Source: Centroscyllium fabricii (Eukaryota). From it: a stretch of DNA of 64,000 bases. Location: the NCBI GenBank assembly GCA_051313645.2, contig JBNRSN020000011.1, forward strand, positions 166,966,001 to 167,030,000, written 5' to 3'. The notes beneath the pieces were generated by a model. That model did not search any database, had not been told where the DNA came from, and worked only from the letters and a program-made list of their open reading frames with translations. The translations under genes and the position numbers were made by a program. Shown here in pieces: positions 58,377 through 64,000 of the stretch (position 1 is the first letter of the stretch; each line of letters begins with the position of its first letter).

Positions 58377-61300
58377 GGTTTCTCCAAGATGGCGGCGTGC
58401 AGTCGCAGCGGCTTCGCATCTCCCGAGACAATTTTATATATTTATTATATTCGCTTTATTTCTAAGTCTTTTCACTCAGGAAGTGCGGGCAAAAATACTT
58501 TAAAGCAGGCAGACGCTCATCGACATCGGAGCGGAGTTTAATCAGCTGGGATGCAGCATGAACGTCTTTCCCGACATTGACATTAGCATAGCAACGGGAC
58601 CAGCGTCCATAGCAACCACTACAGAAAGACGCAGAAAACGAAGAAAAAGAAAGCAAAAGCGGGGGAAACGAGCAGGTATACATGATAGGCTAAAGAGGAA
58701 TCCCCACAAAGACATCGGAGCTGTGTATACTCAACCTAGAATGAACTTTGTCGCTGACTTTAGCATAGCAACGGGACCAGCGTCCATAGCAACCACAACT
58801 GAAAGACGCAGAAAACGATGTAATAGAAAACAAAAGAGGAGAAAACGAGCTGGAATACATGCTAGACTAAAGAGCAATCCCCATAAAGCCCCTCTTCCAA
58901 GCATTTTCCTAGCCAATGTCCGGTCACTGGAGAATAAAATGGATGAGATCAGACTAAGACTTTCCTCACAGAAAAGGATAAATGACTGCTGTGTTATGAT
59001 CTTCACTGAGACCTGGCTAAACAGTAGTATCCCAGACGCTGCCATCCAGCTTGCAGGATGCACGGTTTCCCGTTCTGATAGAACAGCTGACTCCGGTAAA
59101 AGCAAAGTCGGCGGACTGTGCATCTATATCAACAATGCTTGGTACACAAACTCGGAAATTATCAAGAGTCACTGTTCTGCCGATCTGGAATTCCTTATGA
59201 AGTGGAGGCCCTTCTATCTGCCTAGGGAAATTACGGCTGTTATTATCACCGCAGTCTATATTCCACCACATGCTAATGCCAAACTTGCACTGATAGACCT
59301 TCACAGTGCCATTTGCAAACAACAAACCGCACACCCGGACAGAGCACTTATCATTGCAGGAGACTTCAACCAAACAAACCTCAAAACTATTCTACCTAAA
59401 CTCCACCAGAATGTCTCCTGCCCAACAAGAGGTGAGAACGCACTGGACCATGTTTACACTAATATTGTGAACACATACAAGGCTATACCCTGCCCCCACC
59501 TCAGGCAGTCGGACCACCTCTCTTTGTTCTTAGTCCCGGCATACAAACCTCTCATCAAACGAGTCAAACCATCTGTGAGGATGGTTAATGTATGGCCTGA
59601 GGGGGCAGTTTCAGAACTCCAGGACTGTTTTGAATGCACCGACTGGAAAATGTTTGCCAGGGAAGCCACACACGACACCCATATAAACATTATGGAATAT
59701 GCATCAACAGTTTTATCCTATGTAAATTGGTGTGTACAGAATGTCACAACCCGTAAGGTTATAAGGACATTCCCCAAACAGAAACCGTGGATAAATGGGG
59801 AGGTCCGCTCGCTGTTGAAGGCGAGAGATGCAGCATTCAAGTCAGACGACGTTGCAGCTTATAACATAGCCAGGGCTAACCTGAAAAAGGGTATCATGAA
59901 GGCCAAATGCAAATACTCAATGAAGATTGAGGAGCATTTTCAGAATAATAGACCCTCGGCGCATGTGGCAAGGCATTCAAACCATCACTGATTACAAGAA
60001 CAAGAACACCTGCCCCCCAACCAGTGACGCCTCCCTCCCTGACGAGCTTAACAACTTCTATGCTCGCTTTGACATGAACAGGGAGCCAGCCACCTTAGCC
60101 TTGTTACCCTCGGAAGATCAGGTGCTCACACTGTCCATCTCTGATGTAAGAGGTTCTTTACGCAGAGTGAGCACACGTAAGGCTGCCGACCCAGACAGTA
60201 TCCCTGGACGAGCTCTCAGGGCATTTGCGGACCAGTTGGCTGAGTTCTTCACTGACATCTTCAACTTATCACTAGTTCAGGCAGTGGTCCCCACAAGCTT
60301 TAAGACCGCAACCATCATTCCGGTGCTGAAGCAATCGGTTGTGACGTGCCTGAATGACTACCGCCCTATCGCACTCACTCCCATTATAAGGAAGTGCTTC
60401 GAGAGACCGATCTTGACTTACATTAAAGCCAGTGTGCCCGCCACCCTGGATCAACACCAGTTTGCCTACTGCACAAATAGGTCAACGGAAGATGCCATTT
60501 TATCTGCTCTTCACTCCGCTTTGACCCACTTGGAAGGTAAAAACACCTACGTCAGAATGCTGTTTATCGATTACAGCTCAGCATTCAATACCATCATCCC
60601 GACCAAACTTGCAACTAAACTCCACGCCCTAGGCCTCAACACCACCCTCTGCAATTGGACCCTGGACTTCCTGACGAACAGACCCCAATCTGTTAGGTTA
60701 GGTAACCTCACCTCCACCACCTTAACCCTGAGCACCGGGCTCCACAAGGATGTGTGTTGAGCCCTGTCCTCTCCTCTCTCTTCACCCATGATTGTGTGCC
60801 TATCCACGACTCCAATACCATCATCAAGTTCGCGGATGACAGCACAGTGATAGGACTGATCACTAACAATGACGATTCAGCCTATAGAGAAGAGGTCCAA
60901 CACCTTGTGGTGTGGAGCGCTGACAACAACCTGTCCCTCAACACCAAGAAGACCAAGGAGCTCATTGTAGACTTCAGGAAGTCCAAAGACATCAGACACA
61001 CCCTGATCTACATCAATGGGGCTGAGGTGGAAAGTGTCTGCAGCTTCAAGTTCCTGGGCGTCCACATTACGGAAGACTTCTCATGGTCCCTCAACTCATC
61101 CTCCTTGGTGAAGAAAGCTCAGCAGCGCCTATACCTCCTGTGGAGGCTGAAGAAAGTTAACTTATCATCCCAGCTTCTCTCCAACTGCTACCGTTGCACA
61201 ATCAAAAGCATCCTAACAAACTGCATCATGGTGTGGTATGGCAGCTGCTCCACCTCCGACAGGAAGGCCTTTCAGTGAGTAGTCAAAACTGCCCAATACA

Positions 61301-61772
61301 TCACCGGCACCCAGCTACCTGCCATTCAAGACATCTAGGAGAAACATTGCCTGCGGAAATCTCTCAGCATCATCAGGGACCCCGCCCACCCCAGCCACAG
61401 ACTGTTTGCCCCCCTGACATCTAGGAGGTGCTACAGATGTATTCGAGCCCGGACGACCAGGCTCAAGAACAGCTTCTTCCCTAGGGCTGTTATCCAGTTG
61501 AACTCTGTCACTCAACACCAAATCTGTCTACCATCGGCACCTCCACCCACACTTCCTGCATTAACAGCCCATTTGCTCCCCAACACTTGCTCATCTACTC
61601 TTTGAAATGCTATTTGCACTCTTTATTCATTTATCTATTTATTTATTATTTATCCATAACTCTGTATAATTTATAACTTAATGTCTGGTATGTCATGTCC
61701 TGGGAGCTTGCGAGCTCACTTTTCGTTGCACTGTGATTATAGACTGTGCAACGACAATAACATTAAATTGAA
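58377..61772 (+). mobile_element. near full-length Rex1/Babar LINE (APE endonuclease plus RT), frameshifted, inserted in an L2 3' end
   Basis: LANVRSL, FTETWL, IAGDFN, SDH; [27 protein letters not shown]; frame breaks at about 59950 and 60745; GACAATAA...TTGAA end. Confidence 0.92.
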
Positions 61773-61937
61773 TGTCGTAAAAAGTCCCAAGGGGCTTCAC
61801 AGGAGCGTTTATCAAACAAAATTGAGCACCGAGTCACATAAGGAGATATTAGGGCAGGTAACTTGGTCAAAGATGTAAAAGGTTTAAGGAGCACGTTAAA
61901 AGGAGGAAGCCATGCTGTCTTGAGCTCTATCGTCTTG

Positions 61938-62608
61938 CTTCAATTCAATTCAAGTTTTATTGTCATTGCAGAGTACTGGTACAATACAACGAGATGAAGA
62001 CTCGACGCTCCCGAGAGTAGTGCAAATAAATTACATGCAAATTGCATACAGTAAAGTACATTTTCAGGTGTGCAGGTACCGGAGTTTATTTTTTAGAGTT
62101 CAGGAGGCTGACAGCCCTGGGGAAGAAGCTGTCCTTAAATCTAGTCGTGCGGGTGCGAATTGATCTGTAGCGTCTCCTGGAGGGCAGGGGGGCGAACAGA
62201 CTGTGGCTGGGGTGTGTGGGGTATTTAATAATGTTCAGAGACCTCCGTAGGCAGCGTTTGAGGTAGATGCTTTCCATTGACGGTAGCTGGGTACCGGTGA
62301 TTCGTTGGGCAGTTTTGACTACCCGCTGCAGGGCCTTCCGGTCCGTGATGGTGCAATTTCCATACCAGACTGTGATCCAGCTTGTCAGTATGCTTTCGAT
62401 TGTGCAGCGGTAGAAGTTGGAGAGGATGCCGGATGACAGCCTGGCTTTTTTCAGCTTCCTTAGGAAGTACAGGCGCTGTTGGGCATTCTTAACCAGAGAG
62501 GAGGTGTTTAGTGACCAGGAGAGGTCTTCCGAGATGTGGACCCCGAGGAACTTGAAGCTGGACACCCTTTCCACCTCAGCCCCTTGGATGAAGATGGGGG
62601 TGTGCTTG
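61938..62608 (-). mobile_element. Rex1/Babar LINE 3' fragment
   Basis: FKFLGVHISEDLSW...RFKDSFFPRAV; ATGACAATAAAAC(TTGAA)n tail. Confidence 0.9.
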
Positions 62609-63017
62609 GTGGATTATTCCAAACATTTATCATTCAGAAAGTTAAACAAGTTCTGCTTCGTGACATCTGTTCCAAATTTACTTCTCGCTCATTTCTTCCC
62701 ATGTATTTCCATGTCCTCTGGTTCTATTTCTCAGTGTATTTTCAAATAATAATCTATATACCATTTAATATTTTGTATACTTTGATGAGATTCCCCTTAC
62801 CCGCCTTCTTTTAAGGTTGTACAGCTTAAACATTTATGTTCTTTGTTTATGGTTCATGCCCTTTACATGGATCAGTCTTGTTCTCGTTTAATTTTTTTTT
62901 TATATCTCTATGTAGTGTGGTGACCAAAACTAAAGCCAGTTTTCTGATTGTAGTCTGACAGATACCACCTTCGGTCTTAATATTCTACTCCTGCTCCTAT
63001 TTCTTATGTTCTTATAA

Positions 63018-63378
63018 CGGAAATAGACTGTATTTTAGCAGACAAGGGAATTAGGGGTTACGGGGAGCGGGCAGGGAAGTGGACCTGAGCTATTGTTAGT
63101 ATAGTAAGACCTGAGTGATCTCCTGGACAAGTTTCGATCGCCTAGATTGGGGTCGGAGAGGAATTTCCTGGATTATTTTTCCCAAATTGGACCTGGGTTT
63201 TTATCCGGTTTTTCGCCTCTCCCAGGAGATCACATGTTTTTTTTTGGGTGGGATGAAGGGTGATAGTGGGAAGAAGGTTAGGGTAGGATCAGCCATGATC
63301 TTATTGAATGGCGGAGCGGGCTCGAGGGGCCGATTGGCCTACTCCTGCTCCTATTTCTTATGTTCTTATGTTCTTATA
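63018..63378 (+). mobile_element. CR1 3' end with structured 3' UTR insert
   Basis: KGIRGYGERAGKWT*; (TTCTTATG)n. Confidence 0.85.
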
Positions 63379-63425
63379 CTTTGCTAGATTAACTTTTTAC
63401 ATCTCGTCATATTTTCTGGACATTG

Positions 63426-64000
63426 AGGGGCAATTTTCATCTCCCCGTGAGGCGGGGTTTTCGGCGGGTCGGCCGGCAAAATAGCGGAACTGGTGGGTCG
63501 CGACCCCTCCCCCCGCCACTTTGACATTTCCCCCCACCCTGTCTCCCCGCCCCGAAACCTTCCTGCCGTGGCCGGCGGGGATGGCTTGTCAGCTCATTAA
63601 GTGTAATGCCATTTTAAGGGCCCTTAGGAATTTTCACCCCCTTCCCTCCCTAACCCCGCCATCCTAAAACCCCGCTGGTGAAAACCCAGCGGGATCACAG
63701 TGGTCTTTATAACTTTCTCCTTCAAGGTGTTGAAGGACCTGGAGCAAAATGCTTCCCAGGCCTTCAACACCCTGGAGGAGTAAGTCACTCCATTGGGTCA
63801 ACACCAGCTGTGACCAAAAACTTATAAATCTTACCTTTCCAGATTTGCTGACAGCTGGTGGCTAGCTGTCAAAGATTCGGATCCCGCCGGCCCACCTGTC
63901 CGTCACCAGCACTTGGCCTTTCCCATTGGCTCACAGTGGAGTGTTTCCATGGGAACTGTCAACAATCAGTTCTGGAACTGTCTGTCAAGCTCCTCGCAAC
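63426..64000. mobile_element. Harbinger-like MITE (runs off the window)
   Basis: GGGGGCAATTTTC terminus; reverse homolog of 46156-46978. Confidence 0.7.

Overview
Repeat-dense vertebrate DNA, most likely shark or another elasmobranch (HE1-like and SacSINE1/Deu-like SINEs, CR1, L2, Rex1/Babar and Penelope elements, Harbinger and pogo MITEs). The main feature is a young, intact 10.9-kb LTR retroelement on the minus strand (18570-29445). It has 1.73-1.75-kb LTRs at about 99.6% identity by eye, a 4-bp ATCT target-site duplication (TSD) and an 18-nt tRNA-Arg(UCG) primer-binding site (PBS). Gag and pol are in one frame, separated by a single CAA-UGA-CUA stop. Pol is retrovirus-type (PR-RT-tether-RNase H-IN) with a long repeat-rich tail, and there is no env, which suggests a lokiretrovirus/Odin-like element. 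Next to it (15731-18300) is an intron-less patchwork of coding fragments from unrelated genes (klhl13/klhl9, liprin-alpha, unidentified coiled-coil proteins). Host genes appear as scattered minus-strand exons: an apparently disabled odf2l (34.9-54.7 kb) and three TRIM-like exons (7.3-11 kb). All homology calls are from recall and by-eye comparison; no database search was run.
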